Below, piece after piece: positions 46,672-56,711 of a stretch of DNA of 64,000 nucleotides. Positions within the stretch are counted from its first letter, which is position 1; each line of letters starts with the position of its first letter. The position numbers and the translations under genes were made by a program. The DNA is from Bacteroidaceae bacterium. Its GTDB lineage: Bacteria; Bacteroidota; Bacteroidia; Bacteroidales; Bacteroidaceae. The notes beneath the pieces were generated by a model. It was not told the DNA's origin, did not search any database, and worked only from the letters and a program-made list of their open reading frames with translations. Where the stretch lies: assembly GCA_024697785.1 (NCBI GenBank), contig JAILEU010000137.1, positions 5,952-69,951 of the forward strand. The letters run 5' to 3'.

Positions 46672-49631
46672 TCTTCATTTTTCATTAAAATCTCTTTCTT
46701 GAGGAAGGCGGCGGTGTAGCCTTTGCCGGAGGCAGCGACTTCGGCGGGGGTGCCGGTGACGACGACTGTGCCGCCGCGACGGCCTCCCTCGGGTCCCATA
46801 TCGATGATGTGGTCGGCCTGACGGATGACGTCGAGGTTATGCTCGATGACGATAACGGTGTTGCCGCGATCCACCAACCGGCGCAGGACGGTCATCAGCA
46901 CGCGGATGTCCTCGAAGTGGAGGCCGGTGGTGGGCTCGTCGAGGATGTAGAGGGTGTGGCCGGTGTCGCGCTTGGCCAGCTCGGTGGCGAGCTTGACACG
47001 CTGGCTCTCGCCGCCCGAGAGGGTTGACGAGGGCTGGCCGAGCTTGATGTAGCCGAGGCCCACCTCCTGCAAAACCTTTATCTTATTAAGGATAGTGGGG
47101 ACGTTCTCGAAGAACTCCACCGCCTGGTTGATGGTCATGTCGAGGACGTCGGCAATGGACTTGCCCTTGAAGCGCACCTCGAGCGTCTCGTGGTTGTAGC
47201 GCTTGCCCTGACAGACCTCGCAGGGCACCATGACGTCGGGCAGGAAGTTCATCTCGATGGTCTTATATCCGTTGCCGGAGCAGGCTTCGCATCGTCCGCC
47301 ACTGATGTTGAACGAGAATCGTCCGGGCTTGTAGCCGCGCATCTTGGCTTCGGGCAGGCTGACGAAGAGATTGCGGATGTCGGAGAAGACGCCTGTGTAG
47401 GTGGCGGGGTTGGAGCGGGGTGTGCGGCCCAGGGGCGACTGATCGACCGTCACCACCTTGTCGATGTTGTCGAGCCCTTCGATATAATCGTAGGGCAGCG
47501 GCTCGCGAAGCGAACGGTAGAAGTGCTGCGAGAGGATGGGCTGGAGGGTGTCGTTGACGAGTGTCGATTTACCGCTGCCGCTGACGCCTGTGATGCAGAT
47601 GAGCTTGCCCAGGGGGAAGGTAACGGCGATGTCCTTGAGGTTGTTGCCGCGGCAGCCGAAGAGGGTGATGGACGTGCCGCCGGCCGTACGCCGCGCATAG
47701 CGCGGCTTGACGGGAGGGGCGGCATTTCCGGAGTCTCCGGAGTTTCCGGAATCTCCGGAATTACCTGAATTTCCGGCATTTCCGGCGGAACCGGCGACGT
47801 CCGTCGTGGCGGTGCCTTTGAGGTAGCGGGCGGTGAGGGTGTCGGCCTTGAGCAGCTCGTCGGGGGTGCCGGCAAAGACCACCGTGCCGCCCTTGCGCCC
47901 GGCGAAGGGGCCGAGGTCAATGACATAGTCGGCACTCAGCATCATGTCCTTGTCGTGCTCGACGACGATGACGGTGTTGCCGATGTCGCGCAGCTCCTTC
48001 AGCGAATGGATGAGGCGTTCGTTGTCGCGCTGGTGGAGGCCGATGCTGGGCTCGTCGAGGATGTAAAGCACGTTCACCAGCTGGGAGCCGATCTGTGTGG
48101 CGAGGCGAATGCGCTGGCTCTCGCCGCCGGAGAGCGACTGCGAGGGACGTCCCATGGCCAGATAGTCGAGGCCGACATCGAGCAGGAAGCGGAGGCGGAC
48201 ACGAATCTCCTTCAGAATCTCCTCGGCAATCTTCTGCTGGTTGCCGCTCAGCTGTTCGAGGGCCGTGCCGGTCCAGTCGTAGAGCTCGCTGATGTCCATA
48301 GCGGAGAGGTCAGCGATGTTCTTCCCGAGGATGCGGTAGCTGAGGGCCTCCTTGTTCAGCCGCGCGCCGCCACACTCGGGGCAGGTGCAGGTGCCCAGGA
48401 ACTGGTCGATCCACCTCTGCTGGGCGGCTGAGGGGTCGACATCCTGAATGCTCTGGAGATATTTGACGATGCCGTCGAACGAGATGAACATATCGGACTC
48501 GCTCAACAGCGTGGTCTGCACCTTGATACGGTCGGGGACGCCGTTGAAAAGTTCGTCCATCGTCTCTTCGTCGAGCTCGGCGACGGGGGTGTCAAGCGTG
48601 AAGTCGTGGCGGCGAAGCACGACGTCGAGGGTGCGGAAGATGAGCGTGTTCTTGTAAGGCCCGATGGGGAGGATGGCTCCCTGACGGATGGAGAGCGAGC
48701 GGTCGGGGATGACCTTGTCCATGTCCATGCGGGTGATGTAGCCCAGCCCTCGGCACTTGGGGCAGGCGCCCTGCGGCGAGTTGAACGAGAAGTTATGGGG
48801 TGCCGGTTCGCGGTAGGAAAGGCCCGTGACGGGGTCCATGAGGCGCTTGCTGTAGTGGCGCACGGCACCGGTCTCCTTGTCGAGCAGCATCAGCAGCCCG
48901 TCGCCCTGCACCATAGCGGCCGCCACGCTGTCGCGCAGCCGCTTGTCGTCCTTCGCCTGCACCTTCAGCTTGTCGACGACCACCTCGATGTCGTGGTTCT
49001 TGTAGCGGTCAACCTTCAGCCCGGGCACCGCCTCGCGGATTTCGCCATCGATGCGGACGTAGAGGTAGCCCTTGCGGCGCACCTGCTCGAACAGCTCGCG
49101 GTAGTGGCCCTTTCGGCTGCGCACCAGCGGAGCGAGTATCATCACCGCCCGCCCTTCGTACTCACCAAGGATAAGTTCGATGATTTTCTCCTCGGTGTAC
49201 TTCACCATACGCTCGCCGGACTCGTAGGAATAGGCGTCGGCAGCACGGGCATAGAGCAGACGGAAGTAGTCATAGACCTCGGTGGTCGTACCGACGGTGG
49301 AACGGGGATTTTTGTTTGTCGTTTTCTGCTCGATGGAGATGACGGGGCTGAGACCTGAGATCTTATCGACATCGGGCCGCCTGAGTCCGCCGAGGAAGTT
49401 GCGGGCATAGGCCGAGAAGGTCTCGATGTAGCGGCGCTGGCCTTCGGCGAAGAGGGTGTCGAAAGCAAGCGACGACTTGCCCGAGCCGCTCAGCCCCGTG
49501 ACGACGGTGAGCGACTTGTGGGGAATCACCACATCGATATTCTTCAGATTATGTTCGCGTGCGCCATAAACCTCGATGTCGGGTTCGTGGAGCGTCTCGT
49601 TGTCAAGGGTATTCGTTTCCAAGCTGTCCAA
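46668..49631 (-). CDS. uvrA: excinuclease ABC subunit UvrA
   Basis: 987-aa ORF with two ABC ATPase halves ([14 protein letters not shown]; [14 protein letters not shown]), signature LSGGESQR twice, and zinc modules ([20 protein letters not shown]). It contains an in-frame SG(N/D) repeat insertion. Confidence 0.95.
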   Translation of the reverse strand: MDSLETNTLDNETLHEPDIEVYGAREHNLKNIDVVIPHKSLTVVTGLSGSGKSSLAFDTLFAEGQRRYIETFSAYARNFLGGLRRPDVDKISGLSPVISIEQKTTNKNPRSTVGTTTEVYDYFRLLYARAADAYSYESGERMVKYTEEKIIELILGEYEGRAVMILAPLVRSRKGHYRELFEQVRRKGYLYVRIDGEIREAVPGLKVDRYKNHDIEVVVDKLKVQAKDDKRLRDSVAAAMVQGDGLLMLLDKETGAVRHYSKRLMDPVTGLSYREPAPHNFSFNSPQGACPKCRGLGYITRMDMDKVIPDRSLSIRQGAILPIGPYKNTLIFRTLDVVLRRHDFTLDTPVAELDEETMDELFNGVPDRIKVQTTLLSESDMFISFDGIVKYLQSIQDVDPSAAQQRWIDQFLGTCTCPECGGARLNKEALSYRILGKNIADLSAMDISELYDWTGTALEQLSGNQQKIAEEILKEIRVRLRFLLDVGLDYLAMGRPSQSLSGGESQRIRLATQIGSQLVNVLYILDEPSIGLHQRDNERLIHSLKELRDIGNTVIVVEHDKDMMLSADYVIDLGPFAGRKGGTVVFAGTPDELLKADTLTARYLKGTATTDVAGSAGNAGNSGNSGDSGNSGDSGNAAPPVKPRYARRTAGGTSITLFGCRGNNLKDIAVTFPLGKLICITGVSGSGKSTLVNDTLQPILSQHFYRSLREPLPYDYIEGLDNIDKVVTVDQSPLGRTPRSNPATYTGVFSDIRNLFVSLPEAKMRGYKPGRFSFNISGGRCEACSGNGYKTIEMNFLPDVMVPCEVCQGKRYNHETLEVRFKGKSIADVLDMTINQAVEFFENVPTILNKIKVLQEVGLGYIKLGQPSSTLSGGESQRVKLATELAKRDTGHTLYILDEPTTGLHFEDIRVLMTVLRRLVDRGNTVIVIEHNLDVIRQADHIIDMGPEGGRRGGTVVVTGTPAEVAASGKGYTAAFLKKEILMKNEE
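47722..47793 (-). repeat. in-frame 9-bp x8 tandem repeat inside uvrA (encodes [21 protein letters not shown])
   Basis: catttccgg agtctccgg agtttccgg aatctccgg aattacctg aatttccgg catttccgg cggaaccgg. Confidence 0.95.
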
Positions 49632-49646
49632 TCTAAAGCTACAATC

Positions 49647-50399
49647 TTATTCTGTTGTCCGTTCGCGTGTGCGGGTTAACAAGTTGATGTCGCGGCGCTC
49701 GGTATAGACGATGCCGTCAGAGCCTTTGGCCTCGATGGAGATGAAATAGACGCCGTCGTCGGCTGTCTGCCCATGCCATTTGCCGTCCCAGCAGACGTAG
49801 TAGGTGTAGTCGTCCTGATACTCCTTTTCGAGCGTGGTCTCGTCGCCGCTGACGATGCGCTGTCCCCAGCGGTTGAAGATGGCCATGCGGAACGAGAGCA
49901 GGCTCTGGGTCTTCACGCGGTAGGTGTCGTTGATGCCGTCGTCGTTGGGCGAGAAAGCATTATAGACGGTCAGCGACGAGCCTCGAAGCGAAAAGCGCAT
50001 CATGTCCGACTCGTCCTGCTCAACCGAGCCCTCGACGCCCGTCTCCCTATGGCGATAGGTGATGGAGAGGCTGACGCGGTAGCTCACCCCTGCCCCGCCC
50101 TCACGGAAGGTGAACTCGGTGATCTCGTCGTTGCGGACGGCCAGCGTGGTCTGGTCGTTGTTTTCCATTTTGATGATCTGCCATTCGTAGTAAACGACAT
50201 AGCCCGCCGTGTCCGTCGGGTTGGCAGCGAAGGTCACGGTGAGCGGAGCGTCGTAGGTGCCCCCCACCGTCAGTTCCTCCACCTCATCGTCCGTATTGAT
50301 GAACGTGCCCACGGGCGCCACCGCCGGATAATAGTCCGGCGCAGCCTGCACACAGAGGGCAAGCAGGGCCATCGCCGTCAAGACTGATATTCGTTTCAT
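49647..50399 (-). CDS. T9SS type B (gliding-motility C-terminal, CHU_C) domain protein
   Basis: ATG 50399 gives MKRISVLTAMALLALCVQA. C-terminal domain VYNAFSPNDDGINDTYRV...IFNRWGQRIV...WDGKWHG...DGVYF. The TATCTTTG box at 50424-50431 overlaps the longer track start, which favours 50399. Confidence 0.75.
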   Translation of the reverse strand: MKRISVLTAMALLALCVQAAPDYYPAVAPVGTFINTDDEVEELTVGGTYDAPLTVTFAANPTDTAGYVVYYEWQIIKMENNDQTTLAVRNDEITEFTFREGGAGVSYRVSLSITYRHRETGVEGSVEQDESDMMRFSLRGSSLTVYNAFSPNDDGINDTYRVKTQSLLSFRMAIFNRWGQRIVSGDETTLEKEYQDDYTYYVCWDGKWHGQTADDGVYFISIEAKGSDGIVYTERRDINLLTRTRERTTE

Positions 50400-50423
50400 T
50401 GCTTTTTCGCCGGTTTTAGTTTG

Positions 50424-50431
50424 CAAAGATA
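50424..50431 (-). promoter_or_regulatory. -7 box TATCTTTG upstream of T9SS type B domain gene
   Basis: Minus-strand TAnnTTTG 25 nt upstream of ATG 50399. Confidence 0.45.
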
Positions 50432-50548
50432 GGTGTTTTTTTCAAGATACGCGCAGTTTCTTCCTCTTTTAAACGTTAATCTTAGCCAATAATTGCAAGA
50501 ATCCGTCGGAAACTTTCAAAAATGCTTTCCATTTTACAACAATTATAG

Positions 50549-50556
50549 TACTTTTG
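50549..50556 (+). promoter_or_regulatory. -7 box TACTTTTG upstream of LysM gene
   Basis: TAnnTTTG 22 nt upstream of ATG 50578. Confidence 0.45.
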
Positions 50557-50577
50557 TGCGCTCTTACAAAAAAGAAT

Positions 50578-52650
50578 ATGCGAAGACTGAAAACAACAAG
50601 CCTCCTTCTCGCCCTCCTGTTCGGCGTACAGATGCTGTGTGCCCAGGATGGCTATATCCTCCATACTGTCCTCAAGGGACAGGGCCTCTACTCCATTGCC
50701 CGCATCTACGGCGTCAGCGAGGCCGACATCATCGCCCTCAACCCGGGCAGCGACGTTGTTATCCGCGCCGGCGAGCAGCTCAAGATACCGGCCAAGAAGG
50801 GCGACCCCCGGGCGGTCTTCCCGACAGAGGAGAAAGCCCCGCAGACCCCCGTCGTCAAACCCGTCCTCAAAGAGGAGACGGCTCCCGACGGCTTCATACG
50901 CCACACCGTGCAGGCCGGCGAAACCATCTACCGCCTCACCATCACCTATGGCGTCACCGGCGAAGAGATCTACCGGGCCAACCCAGCCCTTCGTACCGAG
51001 CCGCTAAAGGCGGGCCAGGTGGTGCTGATACCCGACAAGAAGCGGGCAGAAGTTCAGAATGACGTTCTGACAAACGGCAATGCCGATGACAGGACGGTCC
51101 CCACAGCCGCCGACCAGAACGAGCCAACCGCCAAAAAGAGCGGCTATAAAATCAAGGGCGCTTATGGCAGCCGGGCGGAGAAGTCCGACGGCGACAACCT
51201 GTGGAGCCGCCTGTTCGGCAAGAAGAAAGCCACCACCCCGAACGGGACGGACACCACATCCCCCGCCCCGCAGCCGACCATCAGCGGCGATTCGATGTGC
51301 GAGTACCAGCACGTGGTGAAGAAGGGCGAAACCGTCTATAGCATCACCCATGCCTACGGCATCACCGAGGCCATGCTGCTCGCCGCCAACCCCACCATCG
51401 CCAACAACAAGATCAAGCGCGGGCAGGTGCTCTGCATACCGTATAAAATCGACCTTGATTCCGCTTCCGACGACGGCGTCGACCTGACAGATGACATCGT
51501 GCCCATCGACGACACCTTCGAGAATGCCCCCGACGTCCACAGCGACGGCATGATCCGCGTGGCGCTCATCCTGCCGTTTATGCTGAACGAGACCACCAGC
51601 ACCCCCACGGCCGACCAGGCCAAGATGGTGGAATTCTACGAGGGCTTCCTCCTCGCCATCGACAGCCTCCGCTCCGACGGCGTCTCTATCGAGCTCCACG
51701 TCTTCGACTCGGGCGAGGCCACCCGTTCCATCCGCCCCATCCTTGACAGCGACGAGATGGCGAACATCGACATCATCTTCGGTCCCATGCACACCAAGCA
51801 TGTGAACGAGGCTGCCGACTTTGCCCGTTCGCACAGCATCCCCCTCGTGCTCCCCTTCTCGCGCAACCTGGGCGACCTCATCCGCCACAACCGCTTCATC
51901 TGGCAGGTCAATGCCGACCAGAGCACCATAGAGGACGAGGGCATCAGCCACTTCTTCGAGCTCTTCCCCAAGCCCAACATCCTCTTCTTCCAGACGAAGG
52001 ATGTCACCAACGCCTTCTGCACCCATCTGCAGCGCGAGCTCGACGGCCGCGGACTGCCCTACACCGTCTTCCCCGCCGACACCACCTCCAACGTCCGCCG
52101 CTTCATCGACGCCTGTAGCCGTAACGACGAGGCCGACAACATCCTCATGATGACCAGCTCAGACAACGCCTCGCTCAGCACCATGATACCCGTCTTCCAG
52201 CTCATCATGCGCGACACCGCCAGCGTGGCCGACACCCATCTCTACGGCTATCCGCAATACCAAACCTATGCAACCGCCCATGCCAGCGAATTCTACGAAC
52301 TCGACACCTGGTACCACACGGCGTTCTACACCGACTCCTCGCGGCCCGATGCCGTCAGCCTCGGCCGCCTTTTCCGCCACATGTACGGCCGCGACATGGG
52401 TGCACGCTACCCGCGCTTCGGTCTGCTGGGCTTCGACATCGGCCACTGGTTCCTGGGCGGCATGGCCCATCGCGGCCCCGCACCCGTCGAGACCGTCTTC
52501 GCCGGTATGACAACCTACCGCAGCTCCACCATACAGACAGGCTTCAACTTCACCCGCGTCAGCCCCGAGGGTGGCTATGTCAACACCTCCGTCTTTGTCG
52601 TCCACATGCGTGCCGACGGCCAGACGTTCAAGGTCGATTTCTCTTGGTAG
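50578..52650 (+). CDS. LysM-repeat protein with periplasmic-binding-protein-like C-terminal domain
   Basis: Signal peptide MRRLKTTSLLLALLFGVQMLCA. Three LysM repeats (YILHTVLKGQGLYSIARIYGV; FIRHTVQAGETIYRLTITYGV; YQHVVKKGETVYSITHAYGI), followed by a PBP1-like region (IRVALILPF...). Confidence 0.8.
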   Translation: MRRLKTTSLLLALLFGVQMLCAQDGYILHTVLKGQGLYSIARIYGVSEADIIALNPGSDVVIRAGEQLKIPAKKGDPRAVFPTEEKAPQTPVVKPVLKEETAPDGFIRHTVQAGETIYRLTITYGVTGEEIYRANPALRTEPLKAGQVVLIPDKKRAEVQNDVLTNGNADDRTVPTAADQNEPTAKKSGYKIKGAYGSRAEKSDGDNLWSRLFGKKKATTPNGTDTTSPAPQPTISGDSMCEYQHVVKKGETVYSITHAYGITEAMLLAANPTIANNKIKRGQVLCIPYKIDLDSASDDGVDLTDDIVPIDDTFENAPDVHSDGMIRVALILPFMLNETTSTPTADQAKMVEFYEGFLLAIDSLRSDGVSIELHVFDSGEATRSIRPILDSDEMANIDIIFGPMHTKHVNEAADFARSHSIPLVLPFSRNLGDLIRHNRFIWQVNADQSTIEDEGISHFFELFPKPNILFFQTKDVTNAFCTHLQRELDGRGLPYTVFPADTTSNVRRFIDACSRNDEADNILMMTSSDNASLSTMIPVFQLIMRDTASVADTHLYGYPQYQTYATAHASEFYELDTWYHTAFYTDSSRPDAVSLGRLFRHMYGRDMGARYPRFGLLGFDIGHWFLGGMAHRGPAPVETVFAGMTTYRSSTIQTGFNFTRVSPEGGYVNTSVFVVHMRADGQTFKVDFSW

Positions 52651-52662
52651 CATGTTGGAACG

Positions 52663-53493
52663 ATGACGCCCCGACAAATGAAGAATGAAGAATTAAAAAT
52701 GAAGAATAAAATGTTCCGTATGCAAGCTCTCCTTCGCAAAGCTGTCTATTTTTCATTTTTCATTAACTCTGTTTTCAAACAACGCGACTCGGCAAAACGT
52801 GCAAGCTCTTTTGCTCTCGCTGCTCTGTTTGTTTTTCATTTTTCATTATCAAGTGCCCAGGTGGGCGACGTGCGTCACGACCTGTGCTTTGGCCTGAGCG
52901 GCGGAGCCAACATGAGCTTTGTTGATTTCAGCCCCCGCATCAAGCAGACTATCCAGCCAGGCGCATGCGGAGGCATCGTCGTTCGCTATACCTCCGAGAA
53001 ATACTTCAGTATGCTCTGTGCCGCCCAGCTTGAGGTCAACTACACCCAGCGAGGCTGGAACGAGCTCATCGACGATGGTACGTCGAACACTTACTCCCGC
53101 ACCACGACCTACGTCGAGGTGCCCTTCCTCGCCCACCTCAGCTTCGGGAGCGAACACCGCGGCGCACAGTTCTTCCTCAATGCCGGCCCCGCCGTCGGGT
53201 GGTATCTGGGCGGCACCGAGCACTACGGCTACACGGCCGACCACCCCTGGGACGTATCGTCGCGCCCCAACCACGTCACCGCCCAGTACGGCCGCGCCGT
53301 CGAACGCCCCTTCGAGTACGGCATCGCCGGCGGTCTCGGCGTCGAGCTGCTCACCGCCGTCGGGCACTTCACCCTCGAAGGACGCTACTTCTTCGGCCTT
53401 TCCGACATCTACGGCAACAGCAAAGCCGACCCCTTCGGCCGTTCAGCCAACAACACCATCTCCGCCCGACTGGCATACCTCTTCGACTTATAA
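52663..53493 (+). CDS. outer-membrane beta-barrel protein (PorT/OMP_b-brl_2-like)
   Basis: Signal-like segment FALAALFVFHFSLSSAQ, alternating beta-strand pattern, and a terminal ...ISARLAYLFDL aromatic end. The true start is uncertain because the first about 60 codons read through TGAAGAAT / TTTTTCATT word repeats. Confidence 0.6.
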   Translation: MTPRQMKNEELKMKNKMFRMQALLRKAVYFSFFINSVFKQRDSAKRASSFALAALFVFHFSLSSAQVGDVRHDLCFGLSGGANMSFVDFSPRIKQTIQPGACGGIVVRYTSEKYFSMLCAAQLEVNYTQRGWNELIDDGTSNTYSRTTTYVEVPFLAHLSFGSEHRGAQFFLNAGPAVGWYLGGTEHYGYTADHPWDVSSRPNHVTAQYGRAVERPFEYGIAGGLGVELLTAVGHFTLEGRYFFGLSDIYGNSKADPFGRSANNTISARLAYLFDL

Positions 53494-53650
53494 GACTAAC
53501 AGACTGACAGACTTTTAGACTAACAGACTAACAGACTAACAGACTGACAGATAATTGTTCTGTGGACGGCTCAGTTGCTGGGCTATTATCTGCTAGTCTG
53601 GAAGTCTGTCAGTCTGTTAGTCTGCTAGTCTGAAGTCTAAAAAGAAGTCT
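53494..53650. repeat. palindromic spacer built from CTAACAGAC/CTGACAGAC words and their complements
   Basis: The left arm is actaacagactgacagacttttagactaacagactaacagactaacagactgacag. The right arm is ctgctagtctggaagtctgtcagtctgttagtctgctagtctgaagtct. It lies between convergent genes. Confidence 0.9.
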
Positions 53651-53655
53651 GAAGC

Positions 53656-54876
53656 CTAAAATGTCCTCTTCTTCAGCAGCCGGCCGATGGCCTTGTCGAG
53701 CGACTCTGTGGGTTCGATGATAGTATAGTCCTCCCAGAACGCCGTGTCGCGGAAGTAGTCCACCTTATCGAAGAAAGCATCACGCTGGTCAAACGAGTCG
53801 CGTCCACGTATGGGCTGCACGTCTGCGCCCGAGGTGATGCTCGTCACGGCCATCTCGCATAAGGCGGCAAACGAGGTGGCGAACAGGCGTCGGCGCCAGT
53901 CGCAGTTGAAGCGCATCGTCGCGCGGAGGTAGCTGATGCGCGTCAGGCCGTCGGCACCCGTGCGGTAGTCAACGACAAGCGACATCTCCTTCGGTCTGAA
54001 GCGCAGCCCCACAGGCTTCTTCACCAACAGCGCCCGGGTGGCCTTGAGAAGGTCGCGCATGTCGAGCTCCAGCTCGGCACGCGTGAAGGCCAGCGACTCC
54101 TGGTCGATGTACAGCCTGCCGTAGTAGAGCGCATAGTCCGCCGTCAGGCGGGGAGCGAGGCTGACGACATACTGCGGACGGTCGGCAATCGTCGTCGGCA
54201 CCTCCATCTTCAGCTCGTAAAGGTCGAGCTCGTCGGCGTCAAGCAGAAACTCGTCGTTCTTCACCACATCCAGTTGCACGGCATAGTTCGGTCCGCCCAT
54301 CACCTTCACGCCCAGCGTGTCGCTGGCCTTCTGGCTCATCAGCCTTCGCCCCTTGCGGATGGCTGTCCGGTCATGGACGACCGCGCGGCGATAGCCCGTC
54401 TTGTACATATCCACCACGCCCTCGGCCACGCTGATGTAGTTCTGCCGCTTCATCACCTTCTCCCGATAGAAGCAATGGTAGAGTTCCGGTTCGCGGCTGT
54501 AGTTGTCGGGGATGCGCTCCATGGCGGCCAGCACCAGCTGGCGTGCATCGCCGCCCATCACCAGCACCTCCTGCAACCGTATGGCCGCAGGCTTCAGCGC
54601 TATCAGCAGCGGTCCGTCGGGCTGTTCGGCAAGGACGATGAGCCGGGAAGCATAGCCGAGGTGCGACACCACGAGTTCGTCGCCCGCCGCATGGCTCTTC
54701 AGCGTAAAGAACCCGTCGTCGTTGGTGACAACAGTCAAGGAGCCCATTGCCACGCTGGCGCCGCCGACCGGCTCGCGGGTATCAGCATCCACAACCGTAC
54801 CGCTCACCACTACCCGCTGTGCCCATCCTACGACGGCCATCAGCAGCAACATCCCTATTAGCAGCGTCCTTTTCAT
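53656..54876 (-). CDS. carboxypeptidase-regulatory-like domain protein
   Basis: Signal peptide MKRTLLIGMLLLMAVVGWA, then the CarboxypepD_reg motif VSGTVVDADTREPVGGASVAMGSLTVVTNDDGFFTL. Confidence 0.7.
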   Translation of the reverse strand: MKRTLLIGMLLLMAVVGWAQRVVVSGTVVDADTREPVGGASVAMGSLTVVTNDDGFFTLKSHAAGDELVVSHLGYASRLIVLAEQPDGPLLIALKPAAIRLQEVLVMGGDARQLVLAAMERIPDNYSREPELYHCFYREKVMKRQNYISVAEGVVDMYKTGYRRAVVHDRTAIRKGRRLMSQKASDTLGVKVMGGPNYAVQLDVVKNDEFLLDADELDLYELKMEVPTTIADRPQYVVSLAPRLTADYALYYGRLYIDQESLAFTRAELELDMRDLLKATRALLVKKPVGLRFRPKEMSLVVDYRTGADGLTRISYLRATMRFNCDWRRRLFATSFAALCEMAVTSITSGADVQPIRGRDSFDQRDAFFDKVDYFRDTAFWEDYTIIEPTESLDKAIGRLLKKRTF

Positions 54877-54911
54877 ATTATAAATCGGACAAGCGGCAAG
54901 ACGAACAGACT

Positions 54912-55919
54912 TCAGCCTAAAAAGAATTCAGAGACGTTCTTGCTCCACGCGGCGTTGTGGATGACGCGCTTCACGTTGTGGTCGCGAAGGAAGCAGAGGT
55001 GGTAGCTGCGGTCCACAGTCATCTGATAGAGAGGCTTGTCGGATAGGTCGGCGAAGATAACCTCGCGATGCAGCCCCACGCTCTCCATAGCGTGGCGAAG
55101 GGAATACTCGAAGGCGCGGTCGCCGCCCGCGAAGGTATAGAGGTAGGTGGCGGTCTGTTCGGGGGTGACGAGTTCTACGGCAGCACGGCCATCCTTGAGG
55201 CCGGCAAACCAGAAGCCGTCGCCGTCCATGCGGTAAAGTCCCGTCAACATCGTGCAGCCGCAGTCTCGAATGAGACGATAGTTGTCGAGCCGTTCGCCCA
55301 GCCGCTCGTCCAGATGGCTGTCGAGCTCCTGATGAGCCCTTCGCCATTGCGCCGCCACGGTCTTGCGCGCCTTGCACATCTTCTCGAACACGGCGCTGGT
55401 GTCGCGGCCGATACGGCTGAAGCGGTATGTGTCGCCGGTGTCAAGGGTGAGCGTGATGCCGAAGTTCTCCTCTACGGGCTCGCCTGCGAAGCAGAGCGGT
55501 ATGCGGCGGGCCAGGTGGTCGTGCGGACAGAGAATGAGGGCATCGTCAAGCAGTTCGATTTTGGCGATGCCATGCTGTGCGGCGCCCTGCTCGGTAAAGG
55601 CGTAGTCGCCCTCGCCCGTGTAGAGGGGCGTACCCTCGGCAAACAGAGCCTCCTTGCTCCGCTGCATGTAGGCGTTCCAGAGGTTCTCGAAGAACGACTC
55701 CGTGTCGTGTCCCAGCTCCGAGAGTTGTATCTCGCCGGAGTTTGTGATAAGAAAAAGGTGGTAGCCCCGCAGGCGGAAATCCTGCAATTCGCAATAGTTG
55801 ATCTGGCGGAGCGACTTGCCGGCCGTAATGCCGAGCATCTCACGTCCGATGGCACACGTCGCAGGCTCTGGCCGCCCACCTTCCGTCAGCAGGCAAGTGT
55901 AGGTTCCCTTGTCGCTCAT
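54912..55919 (-). CDS. hypothetical protein
   Basis: ATG 55919 lies 4 nt after the stop of the zinc-ribbon gene. Codon usage is coherent and no motif is recognised. The longer track start (55982) would overlap the upstream gene. Confidence 0.6.
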   Translation of the reverse strand: MSDKGTYTCLLTEGGRPEPATCAIGREMLGITAGKSLRQINYCELQDFRLRGYHLFLITNSGEIQLSELGHDTESFFENLWNAYMQRSKEALFAEGTPLYTGEGDYAFTEQGAAQHGIAKIELLDDALILCPHDHLARRIPLCFAGEPVEENFGITLTLDTGDTYRFSRIGRDTSAVFEKMCKARKTVAAQWRRAHQELDSHLDERLGERLDNYRLIRDCGCTMLTGLYRMDGDGFWFAGLKDGRAAVELVTPEQTATYLYTFAGGDRAFEYSLRHAMESVGLHREVIFADLSDKPLYQMTVDRSYHLCFLRDHNVKRVIHNAAWSKNVSEFFLG

Positions 55920-55923
55920 GACG

Positions 55924-56670
55924 CTACAGTTTGGTGCCGCACTCGCCGCAGAACTTCGTGCCGGCCTCGTTCTCGTGGCCACACTTGGGGCACACGGCCT
56001 TGCCGCCTACGGGAGCGCCACACTCGCTGCAGAACTTCGTGCCCTGCTGCACCAACGCCCCGCAGTTGGGACACTTGAGCAGGCTGAGTGGTTTTCCGCA
56101 GTTGTTGCAGAACTTTCCCTGTCCGGCGGGTTTGCCGCAATGGGGGCAAATAGTTGTGCGCTCCTCGAGCTTGCCGTGCCAGACGGTGGCCGTCTCCGCC
56201 ATCTCGTCTATGTTACGGCGCATGGCCTGGCTGCGCGCCTTGGCCACATACGAACTCTCACGCGGAGCGCAGTTCGTGCAGAGGCCTTCCTCCTCGTTCC
56301 AGCAGTCGGCGCACACCCAGCTGTTGCACGAGGGACATTTCTGGAACTGCGGACGAACCTCCTCCTGAGCCTCGTCGAACGACTCCTCCTGCTCCTTGCG
56401 CCATTGGGGACTACGGTCCTCCATGCGGTCGCGCAGCATGTTGGCTCCGTTCTCGATGGCGTTGCTCAGTCCGCTCAGCTTGCCGCCGAACAGGTTGTTC
56501 AGCAAGCTGGCGCCACGGCCGATGCCCTCGGCACGTTTGCGGTTGTTGTAGGTCGTCGACTCTTTGAACGTACTCTTGAAGCCGTTTCCGCAGCAGTCGC
56601 AGTAAAACTCATACTGGAAGCCGGCATCGGTTGACAAATCGTTGTAATTTTTTGTGAAGCTGTGTAACAT
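55924..56670 (-). CDS. multi-zinc-ribbon protein
   Basis: At least six CxxC pairs (CDCCGNG, CPSCNSWVCADC..CTNC, CPHCG..CNNCG, CPNCG..CSECG, CPKCG..CGECG). The TACCTTTG box at 56704-56711 overlaps the longer track start, which favours ATG 56670. Confidence 0.7.
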   Translation of the reverse strand: MLHSFTKNYNDLSTDAGFQYEFYCDCCGNGFKSTFKESTTYNNRKRAEGIGRGASLLNNLFGGKLSGLSNAIENGANMLRDRMEDRSPQWRKEQEESFDEAQEEVRPQFQKCPSCNSWVCADCWNEEEGLCTNCAPRESSYVAKARSQAMRRNIDEMAETATVWHGKLEERTTICPHCGKPAGQGKFCNNCGKPLSLLKCPNCGALVQQGTKFCSECGAPVGGKAVCPKCGHENEAGTKFCGECGTKL

Positions 56671-56703
56671 GGCTGTTTTTGTAAGAAAGTTATTATTTGT
56701 GGG

Positions 56704-56711
56704 CAAAGGTA
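56704..56711 (-). promoter_or_regulatory. -7 box TACCTTTG upstream of zinc-ribbon operon
   Basis: Minus-strand TAnnTTTG 34 nt upstream of ATG 56670. Confidence 0.45.

Noticed and set aside
47722-47793. Assembly artefact or frameshift in uvrA at the 9-bp repeat.
   Set aside because: 72 bp (8 x 9) preserves the frame, and both ABC halves and all zinc modules are intact on either side.
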